A stretch of 64,000 nucleotides of DNA from contig OZ251239.1 of NCBI GenBank assembly GCA_965240325.2, positions 124,001 through 188,000 on the forward strand. Direction: 5' to 3'. The position numbers and the translations under genes are program-made. How positions within the stretch are numbered: the stretch's first letter is position 1; each line of letters opens with the position of its first letter. Positions 1 through 12,458 of this stretch are shown here, one piece after another. The notes beneath the pieces were generated by a model that saw only the letters and a program-made list of their open reading frames with translations, ran no database searches and was not told the origin of the DNA. This DNA is from Rebecca billardiae RCC1528. Lineage: Eukaryota; Protista; Haptophyta.

Positions 1-1
1 C

Positions 2-892
2 GCGCCCGCGCCAACGCCGCCCTCGCCCGCGCCCGCCGCGCTCACCGCCTCGGACGCGGCCGCGCTCGGCGCCGCGAGCGCCGCCGCCGCCGCCGCCGAG
101 GCGGCCTCGGCCGACGCGCTCGCGCGCGCCAAGCGCGCCGAGCCCGCGCTCGCCGACGCGGCGGCCGCGGCGAAGGCGGCCGACGCGGCGGCGGCCGCGT
201 CGGCCGCGGCGACCGAGCACGCGCGCGCGCTCGCCGCCGACGTCGCCGCGCTGCGCAAGGAGGCAGCGGGCGCGCAGCAGACGGCGAGCGCGGCCGACGC
301 GGCCGTCGGCACACTCAAGGTGCGCGTGGACGCGCTCGCCTCGCGCCTCGACGCGCTGCCCGCGCAGATGGCGGCGGCGCGGCCGCCGGCGCCGCCGCCC
401 GCGGGGCCGCCCTCCGCCGCGCTCGCGCGCGCGGACGCGAGCATGGCCAAGGCGGCGGAGCGCGCGGCTCGCGAGGCCAAGGCCGCGGCGGACGCCGCCG
501 CCGCGGCGCTCGCGCGCGCGGACAGCGCCGCCGAGCGCGCGCGCGCCGTCGAGAAAAGCGCGACCGAGCAGAGCGGCCGGCGCGCGCGCGCGGACGCGCA
601 GCGCGACGAGGCGGCCGCAAAGGCGACCGAGCTCGCGACCGCCGCGGCGCGGGCCGCCGAGGCGCGCGCCGAGCAGGTGCGCACGCGGACGGCGGCGGAC
701 ATAGCATCCGTGCGAGCCGAGGTGCGCGCGCTCGCCGCGCGCACTGCCACCGCCGCCGCCGCTTCGTCCGCCGCCGGCCCCGAGCCCGCGCTCGCGCGCA
801 CGGGCCGCCACGTGCCCGGCATGGCCGCCGGCGTGCTCACCTACCTGGTCGACCGCTGCCGCGGCCGCGCCAACTGCGTCTCCATGCTCTGA
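2..892 (+). CDS. 5'-truncated Ala-rich coiled-coil hypothetical protein (3' part)
   Basis: The frame of ORF 320..892 stays open back to base 2 (APAPTPPSPAPAALTASDAAAL...). GC3-biased codons, heptad-like A/E/R/K runs, stop TGA at 890-892. Confidence 0.6.
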   Translation, partial: APAPTPPSPAPAALTASDAAALGAASAAAAAAEAASADALARAKRAEPALADAAAAAKAADAAAAASAAATEHARALAADVAALRKEAAGAQQTASAADAAVGTLKVRVDALASRLDALPAQMAAARPPAPPPAGPPSAALARADASMAKAAERAAREAKAAADAAAAALARADSAAERARAVEKSATEQSGRRARADAQRDEAAAKATELATAAARAAEARAEQVRTRTAADIASVRAEVRALAARTATAAAASSAAGPEPALARTGRHVPGMAAGVLTYLVDRCRGRANCVSML

Positions 893-1569
893 GCGCCAAC
901 TGCGGCGGCATGCTCTGAGCGCCGTGGCGCGGCGACGTGGCTGGCGGCCCGATGGGGCCAGCCTACGAGCTCGGCCCCGTCCGGCCACGGCGCTGACGCC
1001 GCGCGCCACTCTGGCACTCGCCCGATCGTCACGGTCAGTCAGACAGCGCGAGCCGTTGGGACTGCTCGGTCTCCGGGACTCGGGACAGACTGACGACAGT
1101 CGGGGGCGGTGCCCGTCGATCTCGGGTCAGGGCTCAGGCTGCTCGGCGCGCCGACTGTCCCGCGATCCACTACATCAGCAATGCAGTTTACTATACTAAC
1201 TGAGTCACTACTGTAGTACTCTGTAGTCGTCATGCCCCGTGCCCGTGGCCGTGGCCGTGGGCCGTGGCGGGCGGCCCGCGGCGGCCCGGCGGGGGCCGGG
1301 GGGGGTCGGCGCGCGGGTCGTGCCAGTGCTGTAAGTGTATAGCTAGCTAGCAGTCATCGCGCATCAATAATATGATGTTTCTCTGCGGGTTCGCGCGTAG
1401 TATAGCAGTATCTTTATTTATATTATAATTATAATATATTCCACATATTCGCTCGCGTGGCCGTTGGTGACGGAGAGTCGGACCACGGGACCAGTGTGAG
1501 TGACACCTGCTGATTGCTGATTTGCTGAAGTTCTCCCACGAGCGTACACGTCGTCCGGTGTGCGCATCA

Positions 1570-2300
1570 TCAGCGAGGCCCACACCCATACGAGGGAATG
1601 TGCATCAGCACGCGGGGCGGGGCGGGTAGCCCGTTGCTCCGCGCGAGCGCGGGTGCGCGCTGTATGTGCCGCATCTCGACCGCGATGGCGTAATCGAGCG
1701 CCTCGCCGCCGACGAAGCTGCCGCGCCAGAGTAGATGATGTGCATGCATGTCCTCCTGCCGCAAGCCGAGAGCGGTCGTCGCGAGGATGCTTGCCGATGT
1801 CCGCTCCGGGCATCATGGGCTCGGCGCAGGTCGCGTTAGCATCGTACACGGCCGCCACGCTGAGCACGAGCGCGTTGACGTTCACGCGGTCGTCGCTCTT
1901 CGCATCTTCGACAGGTCTGGCGTCCGCGTGTTCGGCGGCACGAGGAGCTGTTGGTTGTGCGCGCGCCCGCGCACAGCGACAGCGTGTGCCTCGCGATCGA
2001 GAGTGGGCACGAGCTGCTCACGCAAGCACACGAATCGCAGCGCATCCGTCACCGGCGTGACGACTTCCGCCTCGTCCCGCAGCGCCTGCGCCATGCACGA
2101 GGATGGCGCGGCGATGTTGCATGCTCGATGAATCATCTCTCTGCGGATGGCATCACGGGCTTTGAGCTTGTCTGTGTCGCGCTGCGGCGAGGGTCGCCAA
2201 CTCGCAAAGGCACGGTTGCTGCCACGGCGACAGACCCGGAAGGTGCGTCCGCTGCGCGTCGTACGCCGTTGGCGCTGCGCTTCCGTCGCATTGGTCACCG
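1570..2300 (-). pseudogene. Frameshifted coding-like relic of unknown family
   Basis: Protein-like segments in successive minus frames (DTDKLKARDAIRREMIHR.. / NVNALVLSVAAVYDAN.. / RQEDMHAHHLLWRGSF..) with no continuous ORF. Confidence 0.3.
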
Positions 2301-2819
2301 TCGACGCCATGCAGGCCGGACGTGGGCTTCGGCTGAGGGACCGCGAGCGAGGACTGAGTCCGGTGCGCGGATTCCGGCGATCGAGTTCAGAAGGCCGCGC
2401 CAAATCTTGCGTCGCGTGCGATGGCGCTTCCCGCCCGCGAGACACCTCGTGATGATGACCTTTCCGCACCGAGCCCGACGCGCGGTGGTGGATCGCACGA
2501 GGTGGCTGTCGTGCGCAGCGCTTGATACTATGGCCACTGCGAGCGCTCGACGTGCAAGTCGGGCGAGGACCGCCCCAGGTCGCACGATCGTGTCGACGCG
2601 CCGAGCGTCCCTCCAAACACGTCGACTTTGGCCCCCGTTCGACCTGCACGCGAGACGACGAGGGCAGCAATCGCGAATCGGGCGAAAACCGTCTCGGCAG
2701 TCCCCGCGCGATGTCCGCGCCGGCGTTGGATCTGGCGCGCGGCGCCCACGCGCTCCGCGCCATCGGGTAACTCTTTTTCGGCCGAGCGTCCCCAGTGGGA
2801 GCTCCGAGGGCGCCCGGTA

Positions 2820-3710
2820 CAGGGGTCTCAACAATTAAACGTCACATATTCTGACTGAGCTGCACGCCACTGCTCACCCTGCCCCCCTGGGCTGATCCAG
2901 GCGCCCCCCACGGCCCGTGCACGACGGTTTCGACCCAGCGCGTCAGCCCCAGCGCGCTTGGGCTGGAGTTGGGCACACCAGCAGGTCCCGGACACGGCTG
3001 CAGGCGTACAGCCTGTCGCAGCTGGCCAGATCCTGCCGCAGGCTTGTCGTCACTGGTCGCGGGCCGTGTGCCCACACAGATCATGTCAGGCCTAAATTGT
3101 GCTTGGCAGTGGAACTGGTACCCCCCGTAGGGAGGGCTGCATAATGCCACCTTGACCGGCTGGCGGGGGAGCTAGTACTGCTTATCATACGGGATGCTGT
3201 CTGCCGATGCAGCTGGCGAGCTGCTGTGCAGCACAGTGCTCACTACTTCCCGCGCCCCCACCTGCGCAAGGACCTGTCGGGTCAGCTCCCCTGCACTGGG
3301 AGGCCAGCAGCAGCACCCGCTGACACACCCCGAGGGTGGCCAGCCACCCGCGACTTGAGGAGGGGGCTGGAGTGGGGCAGTGGTGCCACGGCCAAGAGCT
3401 CACTGCAGCCTAGCTGCTGGTGGCTGGCCTGCATGGATTTTCAAGCTGACCACCCACTGCTGCCTGCCGCACCCCTCGCTGCACCCACCTGGGCTGCTGC
3501 ACATGCGCACTCTGGATGGCACCACAGCCCAGCATCATGGAGAGCTGGCCAAGCAGCCACCCAGTGACTCGTCACGGAAGATTCACGGGCCAGGGTTACG
3601 AGTGGGCTGTGCTAGACCACGCATCTAGCCAGGCAATCAAGTGCTCACATGCCTGTCCAGTGGAACAAACAGAGATACAGCTGCTGCTCATTATTGTTGA
3701 GACCGCCCTG
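2820..3710. mobile_element. Non-autonomous Tc1/mariner-like element, 891 bp, TA-flanked
   Basis: TA|cagggg-tctcaacaat at 2818 onward and attgttgagaccgccctg|TA ending 3712 form an imperfect TIR with a TA target duplication. The interior is visibly CpG-poor. Confidence 0.7.
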
Positions 3711-3732
3711 TAGTGTAGCCGTCCCTGGCGCG

Positions 3733-3945
3733 GATCCTATGGCATAGGATCGCGCGCGCGCGCGCGGTCGCGCGCGCGCGCGCGCGACCGCCGTGGCAGT
3801 ACTGGCAGTGGGCAGTGGCGGCAGGCGGAGATGGTGTGGGTCGACAGCCGGTGGAGTTGTGTGTACGATATAGCAACACCGATGATCGTATGCGCAGAAC
3901 TGAGGCGCTGGCGGCTCTGGTGAACTCATCCTATGCCATAGGATC
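3733..3945. mobile_element. Small MITE-like element with self-palindromic 18-bp TIR
   Basis: gatcctatggcataggat (3733-3750) and its exact reverse complement atcctatgccataggatc (3928-3945). Confidence 0.55.
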
Positions 3946-3977
3946 AGATCCTATCTGTTGCAGGGGGATATCCGCTA

Positions 3978-4491
3978 CAGGCAATCGCGGGCAATAAGAA
4001 GTCAGAGGTCTCACGGCTAGTCTCGGTTTCTTAGCCGTTCGGTAGCCCGAGCGCCTACGGAGTCTCAGTTTCTTAGCTAGGTCCGCCCGCCGCGCAGGCG
4101 CGGGGGCGGCGCAGGGGGGCAGAGCCCCCCGCTGAGTCTTTAGGCCCGGCCGGCGAGGCCGAGAAAATTTTGGGCCTTTTTGGAGCAAATCTGGCATGAT
4201 GTTGCATGGATGCTGCGGTGCACTGGCCAGGAGTCAGTCATCAGGAGAAGTCGGGCCTTGGCCTGTACTCGTAGTCGGGCCGCGCACCGCGTCCCCGACC
4301 GGCGCGGGCCGACTGCGGCCTCGCCCTCGGCGGACCACTCGTCAGCCGGGACGACGTAGTCCCGGTTTCTTAGTGTGACTATGCGTATAGCGAACCAGCC
4401 AATCGCTAGTCTCAGTTTCTATAGGCCAGATCCGCAGATAGCAAGCCCCAGTTTCTTAACGTGACAGCTCCTCATTGCCCGCGATTGCCTG
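3978..4491. mobile_element. Tc1/mariner-type MITE, 514 bp, TA TSD
   Basis: TA|caggcaatcgcgggcaat ... attgcccgcgattgcctg|TA (perfect 18-bp TIR). An internal motif agtc(t/c)c(a/g)gtttct repeats about 5 times near both ends. Confidence 0.85.
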
Positions 4492-7416
4492 TAATCCGGT
4501 AACAGGCCGGCGTGCGATCACTGCCACCCTGCCGCGACCGGCGTGAAGCCCACCACGCAACCTTGTGCCCGATGAAAGGGCGCCTGGGGCCGGCTACGTG
4601 TACTATGAGTATGGAGCCTCGCTGAGTGCTCCGAATGCCCCATGGCCATGGGCTCCAGGTTTATTTGGCCGCACCGCCATTTCGATCGCGCCCCAATTTT
4701 TTAGGACCCCCGCCGCGTCGCCCAACGCTTGTATTCATCATCGCAGTGACCGGCCCACACTACCCATAATCCATATTCATGTTTATTCGGTGTTGACGAT
4801 GATAAAAGGCACCATTGTGTATCGTCAGCATCACATCGAATCTACGAATGAGGGATGAATCCGGCCGTGCAAGGGTTGGGGATCCTGCGTAATCACGACC
4901 TTGACGCGGATAAATCCCGCACGTGCGAGCTGTGATCTCGCCGCCCCATTTGCACCTCCTCGGGCCGCTGCAACATATCTACGTCCTACCGGGATGCAGG
5001 TCCACCTGACCGGTGGGCGGTGCTGATGAGAATGAACCGTGATCAACCCCCAACCCCGGTCGGCCGATTCTCGTGACTGAATCTCGCCTGCCTGAGCTGT
5101 GTGCGTCTCTTATTCTTAGTAAACTGCTACCGAGGCCAAGGGAGCGCCGCCGGAACCCAAGAACCCCATCCGTGTTCCGTCGGCGCCGCTTCACAACAGC
5201 AGGGCTACTTCCCCCCCGCCGCCGCCTCACCTCTCCGGCTGCTCTGCTCGCGTTGAAGACGACGGCCGGCGGAGGGATCGGACGTGAGCTGATTGTCTGC
5301 CGTGGGGCGACACGACTGATGCTGGACGGTCTCGAGCCGAGCTTTGAGCGGCAGATTCCGGCCTTTCTTTGCAGCTGGCGGGCGCGTGACACCGCGGCGT
5401 GAGGCACTCACGCGCGCGCACTCACCCGCTGCCGCGCATCCCACCTGAACCGAGAACCGGGCGACCACAGGGCCGGCGTGGCTGCGTTGGCCGTACACGC
5501 GCTGCCCACACGAGCAGTCGTCCAGGCTCCAGCCAAATCACGCGGGTGGCAGCAAACGGTCATCATTCTCCCCCCACCGCCCACCCGGCCGCGCCCAACC
5601 GGTTTGTGAGCTGGCGTTGGAGTGATTTGAGCCGAGTCGCATCTGCCGCCGCACAAGGATCATCGCCGGTGCGATCTTCGCCGCGTTAGCTCGCTTGCTC
5701 GACGAACTCGCTACCTCTGTTTCATGTGCCCGGCCGCGGGTCCGTCCGGGACGACTAGCCGCCTCAGAGCGGCGCGGCCGCGGTGCGCGTTCGGCGCTCG
5801 CAGACGCTCCCGCCCGATCATCATCAATTACGGCGGAGTCAGCATCAGTCAGGCTGCTGCTACCCGACGGTATCAGTGAAATCGCTGAATCGGGTCTGCA
5901 CGCCGCTTCAGAGACTGCGCCTGTTAGACAGCTTGCCGTGCACGCGGATGGCCGACCGAGCCAGACCGCGTACTAGTGCAGTCACCGCCGCCCAGTGCTT
6001 CCCGCGGCGCCCGCGGCGCCGGGCGGCGCGGAGCCGCGGACAGACAGAGTCGGGAGACAGTCGGCGAGTGCGTGCGCCGTACAATACGTCGTGTTCTGAC
6101 GGGGACCAAAGCGCACAGCTCCGCGCTGGCACCAACGCTCGGACTGATGACGATCGACATCAAGATGGGCATGATGAGCTCTGATGATTCGCGCGCCCTC
6201 CGCCCGATCCGCCTGGTCCGTGTACACTAATGACTGCGGCTCGGCCGGTCCCCCGCGGGCCTGCCCGGCCGCCAGCAGTCCAGTACCAGTACCACGTTGG
6301 TACCGCCATGCCTACGCTGCTGGTTCGTTTCAGAACATCTGCGCGCCTCATTGCTGGCACTATCCAACTGCAGGCGACGTCGGCCTCACCAACCACCCGA
6401 ACGACCCCAGAACCTGCACACCAGGCGAGCTGGGCTCGGTCGTCGTCGGACACCATGCTGCTGCTGGACGCCTTCGTTCCAGGCACGGTTGGGATTGTGC
6501 TTGACGCCGCCACCTGATGCGGACACCCGTCGATCTGACGGCATTCGTTCGTCCCGACGCGCGCCCAGAAGGCTGATCGAAAGTGGCCAGTGGCACTCAA
6601 TCCCGAACAGACCGACCGAGTGATGAAGCGGGTGCCGCTTTGCTGAGCTGTGCGGGGCGCCCTCGAGGCTCGACTTGTGGCGCACGGGCATGGAGGCAAG
6701 TGGAACTGCTACAACGCAAATGCCAACCCGATCGCGGCCAGCTCGGGTGGCACGCGGTGCTAGCTCACGGTGCGCAGGCGTGTGATGCTGGAGAACGGTC
6801 GTATGCCACCGCCTCGCAGTCCGCCAACGCGTCGCTGGTGTTGATCCGGAAGCTCGAACCTGGCTGGGGCCCTTCCTTCCTTCTCCCGTGTTTTCGGGCC
6901 TTTGAATAATAATCATTGGTGGGCCGGCCACCCTCGGCGCCCTCGGTCCCTCGGCGGGGGTAGTTCAAGATAAGTACCGACTTTTGACGATCAATCATCA
7001 ATCTGTGCTGCGTGATTGGTACGTGAATATAATCGATCAGGGCGTCATGCCTTCATCATCAGTTTCATCACGCCGCTTGGCTTCGCTGGAGATTCAACTT
7101 GCCGAAACCTGAGCGGTTTTTCCTCTTCAGATCCTTTCAGATCGGGTGGGTCGGGAAGATTACCGGCGTCCAAGTTCCAATCTGAAGATTATGACTCTCC
7201 CGCGCGCGAAACTACGCGCCCTCCTTTACCGTTCATGGATTGCCGGTCGACCCAGCTTGTGAAGGTTCGCGGAGCTATGGTACATACACGTGCCGCCACC
7301 TTGGAAAGGCGCTCTTGGAAACTTGATTTGGGTGAGGCCGCTCGCCCATCACACCGGGGTGCAGCGGATCATCGGGGCTTTCGAGCGCGGTACTGCACGC
7401 AACACGTTGCTAGGTC

Positions 7417-8484
7417 ATGACGGCAACCCGTGGCCCTTCGGGGTCGCCCCGCCGCCCCGCCGCGGCAGCGCCGGGCGAGACGGCGCACGGAGCACCTGTT
7501 GCCGCGACCGAGGAGAACGAAGACGAGCACGTCCGCTGGAACGTTAGCGCCACGGCTCGGCGCGTCCTCGAGCGCTCCTTCCGCATTGAGCCGTACCCGC
7601 AGGCCAAGGAGCGCGAGCGTCTCGCCGCGCAGTTTGGCGCCACGTCGCGTCAGGTGCAGGTGTGGTTCCAGAATCGGCGGGTGCGCGAGCAGAAGACGCA
7701 GGCCGAGAACGAGCGCAGGCGTCTTGCTCGCCTAGCCGCCGAGGCGCACGCCCGTAACCAGCGTGCGTACGGCATCCCGCTCGGGCCGGCGCCGGCTCAG
7801 ATGGCGGGCGGCTGCGCGCATCACGGCATCGTCACGCAGCCCGTGTGCACGATGGCGGAGCCGCAGCGCTACAGCGCGCCGACCCTGCTCGATGCAAGTC
7901 AGGCGACTCCGCTTGCCAACACTGCGCCCGTGTGCGTGATGCGGCCACCGCCAGGGGTGCCACTGATTGCGGCGGCGGCTCCGCCGCCGGGCGCCGGGCC
8001 GGTGCCCGTGAGTGCAGCGCCGATGGGCTGGCACTGCATGGGGGTGGTGCCGCAGATGCCCGGCGGGCCGCCCCCGCACCCCGCGGGCATCGCACCGTGC
8101 GTGCAGCCGACGTACTCGCTCCCACCCGCGGGTGTCTCGGTGCAGAGCCACGACGGCAGCTATCACCCTCCGGACGCGCACGTGCTCATGCCGATGGCGC
8201 CGGCCCCGCACTACGCGCAGTGCGGGCCGCCACCTGGTGAGCAGCCGGCGATGGTTCAGACGCCGTACGCTCATCAGGGCATGTGGTGCGCGCAGCCGAT
8301 GCAGCTGGGCTACGTGGGTGCAGCCCCCCCGCCGCCGCCGCCCGGGCACGTGCTGCAGCACAACGGCGCGTACGCACTCGGAGCGGCGGACGGGGGCTGG
8401 AGCCACCCGCAGCCGCCGGCTGGTGCGGGGCCGGCGCCTCAGTGGTGCTGGCCAGGGCACTGTGCATCCGCGCCCCCGCCGTGA
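7417..8484 (+). CDS. Homeodomain transcription factor (non-TALE, Q50) with Pro/Gln-rich C-terminus
   Basis: RWNVSATARRVLERSFRIEPYPQAKERERLAAQFGATSRQVQVWFQNRR contains the canonical helix-3 WFQNRR motif. Confidence 0.92.
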   Translation: MTATRGPSGSPRRPAAAAPGETAHGAPVAATEENEDEHVRWNVSATARRVLERSFRIEPYPQAKERERLAAQFGATSRQVQVWFQNRRVREQKTQAENERRRLARLAAEAHARNQRAYGIPLGPAPAQMAGGCAHHGIVTQPVCTMAEPQRYSAPTLLDASQATPLANTAPVCVMRPPPGVPLIAAAAPPPGAGPVPVSAAPMGWHCMGVVPQMPGGPPPHPAGIAPCVQPTYSLPPAGVSVQSHDGSYHPPDAHVLMPMAPAPHYAQCGPPPGEQPAMVQTPYAHQGMWCAQPMQLGYVGAAPPPPPPGHVLQHNGAYALGAADGGWSHPQPPAGAGPAPQWCWPGHCASAPPP

Positions 8485-9896
8485 TGGCGCTGTCGCGGCA
8501 ACTCCCTGTGGCACAATCGCGTCACCGTGTCTGAGCGAGCGTGTGGCGTCCGGACGCGATCGACATCGACCGCGAGCTCAACCCAACGACGACGTCTCTG
8601 GCGCACGCGGCCAAACTGAAGCAGCTGAACGAACGCCTGAATGAACGGCGCATCATCGTCGTCGTCTGATGATAATGACGATGCGAGCCATTGCTAGGAC
8701 TGTAGTAGTTACGAAGTGAGTATGTAAGCGCGACGACCCGCCATCTTTTTTAACGCGCGTGATGCGGCGTAACGTTAGCAGTACATCCGGCTTCAGACGC
8801 CGGCCGCCAGCCTGGCGGAGTCACGATTGATGCGGCTCAGAATCAGATGCAGCTGCAGCGCCGCGCTGGCCGCTACTGCTCACAGCCCTGAGCACATGCG
8901 GGCTGCTGCGTGGGGCGGGGGCGGCAGGCAGTCCGGTGGCGGCGCGACCGACCGCGGTGCCCGTCGCCCAATTTCCTACCCCAGCCGCCACATCGCTCCG
9001 GCCTGGGGTAAGCGTGTCCGTATCACGGTGGGCACAGAAGCCCGTCGAGGTCGTCGCAAGCAGCGGCATGATGCGCGGAGGGCGAGCACAGTGCTGTGCC
9101 GGACAATGTACGACCGTAGAAGTCGCGCAGACTGCGGGCGGCATCTCAAGGAAGAGCCAGCGTGCCAGAGGACGACGACCGATCGACCCGAGAGGGCTCG
9201 GACACGGATAGCGGCGTACCTCAGGGACGTCCAGCACGGCGGGACGACACGCTTCCTGGGCCCGTGGCACGCCGCGCGCCCTGCGTCGCTTCGCTGCTGC
9301 CGTGAGCCGCAGTCTAGAGCACCCACCCCTCCGCATGCAATGCAGTGAAGTGCGTGCACGATTCCAACGGCTGTGGGTCTGACCTAGCGCCATTGAATTG
9401 CTGAAGGGAGTGGGGTGATGCCTCACATGCTGATCGTACGAACATTGCAGAAGGACCCCAAGTACGCCGAAGCGAGAACGGGGTCGTTCAAAACCCCTGT
9501 TTTCCCTTGATATGAAACTGAGAACCCTTGACCAACCCCGAACCCGGGTTGCCGATACCGACTTAACCAAGTGATTGCTATGCGGCTGTTTCAAACTCCA
9601 CGGCTGACGCCATGCCGGTTCAAGTTAACACGCTAGTTTCCCAGTTCCCATTGTCATGAACCCTCGGTTGCCAACCTGAACCCATCAGCATTCTGCTTAT
9701 CAAACGGTACTACTCATCGGGATGATGATTATCCATAGTGCGTGTGGATTACGTTCCGGGCGTGTACGTGGAATCGTAGTGTGCGCTGATGATGATGCCG
9801 CCTGGGCGGGAGTCACGTGATGGAGGACGTCGTTCGCCATATCGCTGCGACCGGCTGACGCCTCCGGGGCGGGGCGGCGGGGCGGCCGTCATCCGG

Positions 9897-12424
9897 TCAA
9901 CCACCTGCCCACTCACTGCCAGACGAGTCGTCGTCCTCGACGTCGGATGTGTCGAGGCCCTTGCGCGCAGGCTTGGCCTTGCGTTTCTTCGTCGTCGCCG
10001 ACGGCTTCTGCTCACCGGTCGAGACGCGCCGCTTGGCGCTGGCGGAAGCCACGCGCCGATATCCATGCCGCGGTTGGAGGGGGGCGCGCCGATCAGCCAG
10101 GGAGGTCGACGCGCACGCGGGTGGACGGCATGTGAGCGCGCGCAGCGCAGCGCGGGCGGGCGGGCGCGCGGCGCAATGGCACCACATGGCGGGCGTGCGG
10201 GCGGCACACACCTGCTCGTGGGCTGCTTCGCCTTCGTCACGCGGCCTCCCTCGGAGGCCGGTCGGCCTCGCTTCGCGCCCGGCCGCTTGCCCGGCTCGGG
10301 CGACGCGAGCATGGCGCCTTCGTCCGCGACGTCGTCGTCGAGCAGCGCGTCGAGCTGCGCGCTCTGCGCGCGCGCGAGCTCGAGCGCGCGCGCGGCGCCT
10401 CCGGGGCTCGCAGGGCGAGGGCTGTGTGCGTCAGCGCCCGCGGCGAGGGCGGGGATGTCCGCGAGCTCGAGCTCGGCGTGGCCGGTCGGCGTGGCGGGCA
10501 TTGAGCGCGCGCCCTCGTTCGGGCTGAGGGCGTAGGCGTGGCAGCGCGCATCGCTCAGGCTGTAAAGCTCCTGCGCAGCGCGCACGGCGGGCGGCGCGGC
10601 GCGTGTCGGCGCACGCCGCGCGCGCGCGACGCGCGCGCGCACGGCCGCTGCCGAGGGCGCACCTTGAGGTAGCGGCGCACGCGCGCGACGATCGTCATCG
10701 CGGCGGCCTCGTCCGCGAGGCCGCGCAGCCGCGCAGCCGCGCGGCCGTCGCCGCCCTCGGCGGGCGCGCCCTGCTCGAGCGCGGCGCTGAGCGCGTCGAG
10801 CGCGGAGGCGCCGCGCACGCCGAGTGTGCGCGTCGCCGCCGCGACCAGCTGCAGCACCTCCTCCTCGCGGGCGAAGGGGAGCTCGACGAGCGCGCGCGCA
10901 CACCACGCGGCAAACGGCACGCGCGAGTGCGCCGCCTCCGCCTCCGCGTCCACGCGCGCCGCACCCGCGGGCTGCTGCGCCGTCGGCGGGGGCGCGGCGG
11001 CGGCGGCGCGCGCCGCGTCGGGCGCGAGGCCCGCCACAGCCGCGAGCAGAGCGGACGCCACCTCGCGCCTCTGCGGCGCGTGGCTGCCGAGCGCGCCGTA
11101 CAGCCGGCCGAAGGGCGCGGGCGCGCCGCCGCCCGCGGCCGCCTCGGCGCGCACCGGCTCAGTCGAGAGAGCGCCGCGCGCGCGCGCGTGCACGAACGCG
11201 CGCGCGATGCCCTCGGCGGCGCGGCTGGCGACGAGCGCGGGCTGCTGCTCGCACAGCACCGACACGGCGCGCTGCGCCTCGGCGCGCGTGCCGCCCGCCT
11301 CCGCCTCGCCCTCGAGCGCCATCAGCCAGGGCAGGCACACGTGCGGGTGCGCAACACCCTGCCGCAGCGCGCTCGCGAGCACGCCGACCGCCGCGGCCTG
11401 CACGCTGGGCTCCTTGTCCAGCGCGAGCTCGCACACGCGGGGCAAGTGCGTCTGCAGCACGCCGCCCGCGATCGCGCCCTCGTCCGACGCGCTCGCCGTC
11501 GCCGCCTCCGCCGCCGCCTTGGCGCTCGCCGCGCTGCCGCCGCTCGCGACCGCGGCGCGGCGCGCGGCGCGCACGCGCTCGCGCGCGCGCTCGTCGTCGG
11601 CACTGAGCAGCTCGGCGAAGTTCTTGAGCAGCTGCACGCGCAGCCGCCCGTCGACGCGCGCGTCGCCCAGCGCGCCGCCGATCAGCGGCGCGCAGTGCAT
11701 CAAGAAGCTCGGCCGGCGCACCCAGAGGAAGCCGAGCGCGCGCAGCGCGTGCAGCGACACCTGCAGCTTCGGGTGCTTGGCGTAGTGGTGCAGGCAGCGC
11801 AGCGCCTCCTCGTTGACCCTGCCGCGCGCGCAGAACGCGGGCGTGGGCGGCGGCTCGCCCCCCGCCGGCGCCGCCGCGTCGAAGTCGTGATACCGGCAGA
11901 GCAGCCCGAGCCCGAACGCGGCGCGCATCAGCGCCACCGCCCGCGGCTCGTCGAGTTGGGCCGCGCCCTTGCACCCGTCCAGGTAGCGCCAGAAGCGCTC
12001 GAGCACGTCGCAGAGCAGCCGCGCGCCGCCGAGCGAGGCGTCGCGCGCGGACGGGCCGCGCGGCGCGCCGCCGCCCAGCGCGGCCGACTCGCAGTGCACC
12101 GCCGCGCACAGCGCCTGGATCGCGGGCGGCAGCACGGCCGCGCCCTGCGTGAAGACGAGCGCTCCCAGGCACGTCTCCAGTCCGCGCAGCAGCGGCTCGG
12201 GCGGCCGGCGCAGCATTGGGAGGACATCGACGCACACGAGGGAGAGCGAGCGCAGCACGGGCGCGGGCTGGTCGGGGAGCAGGTAGCGGTGCAGCGCGTC
12301 GAGGTGCGGCACGAGCAGCGCCGGCTCCGCGTGCGCGAGCGCGCGCAGCAGCTCGGCGAGAGCAACGAGCCGTCGCTCGGCGGCCGCGGCCGGCGGCGCG
12401 GCCGAGCCAGTGGCCGCCTCCGCA

Positions 12425-12458
<34 letters not shown>

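Noticed and set aside
4500-7000. Many short ORFs between the MITE cluster and the homeobox gene
   Set aside because: No codon bias, recognisable motif or element boundaries found. Left unannotated.
9470-9690. Scattered aaccc words resembling telomeric repeats; ctgagaaccc resembling a TPP core
   Set aside because: Not tandem and not in register, and the rest of the riboswitch consensus is absent. More likely a TE subterminal tract.
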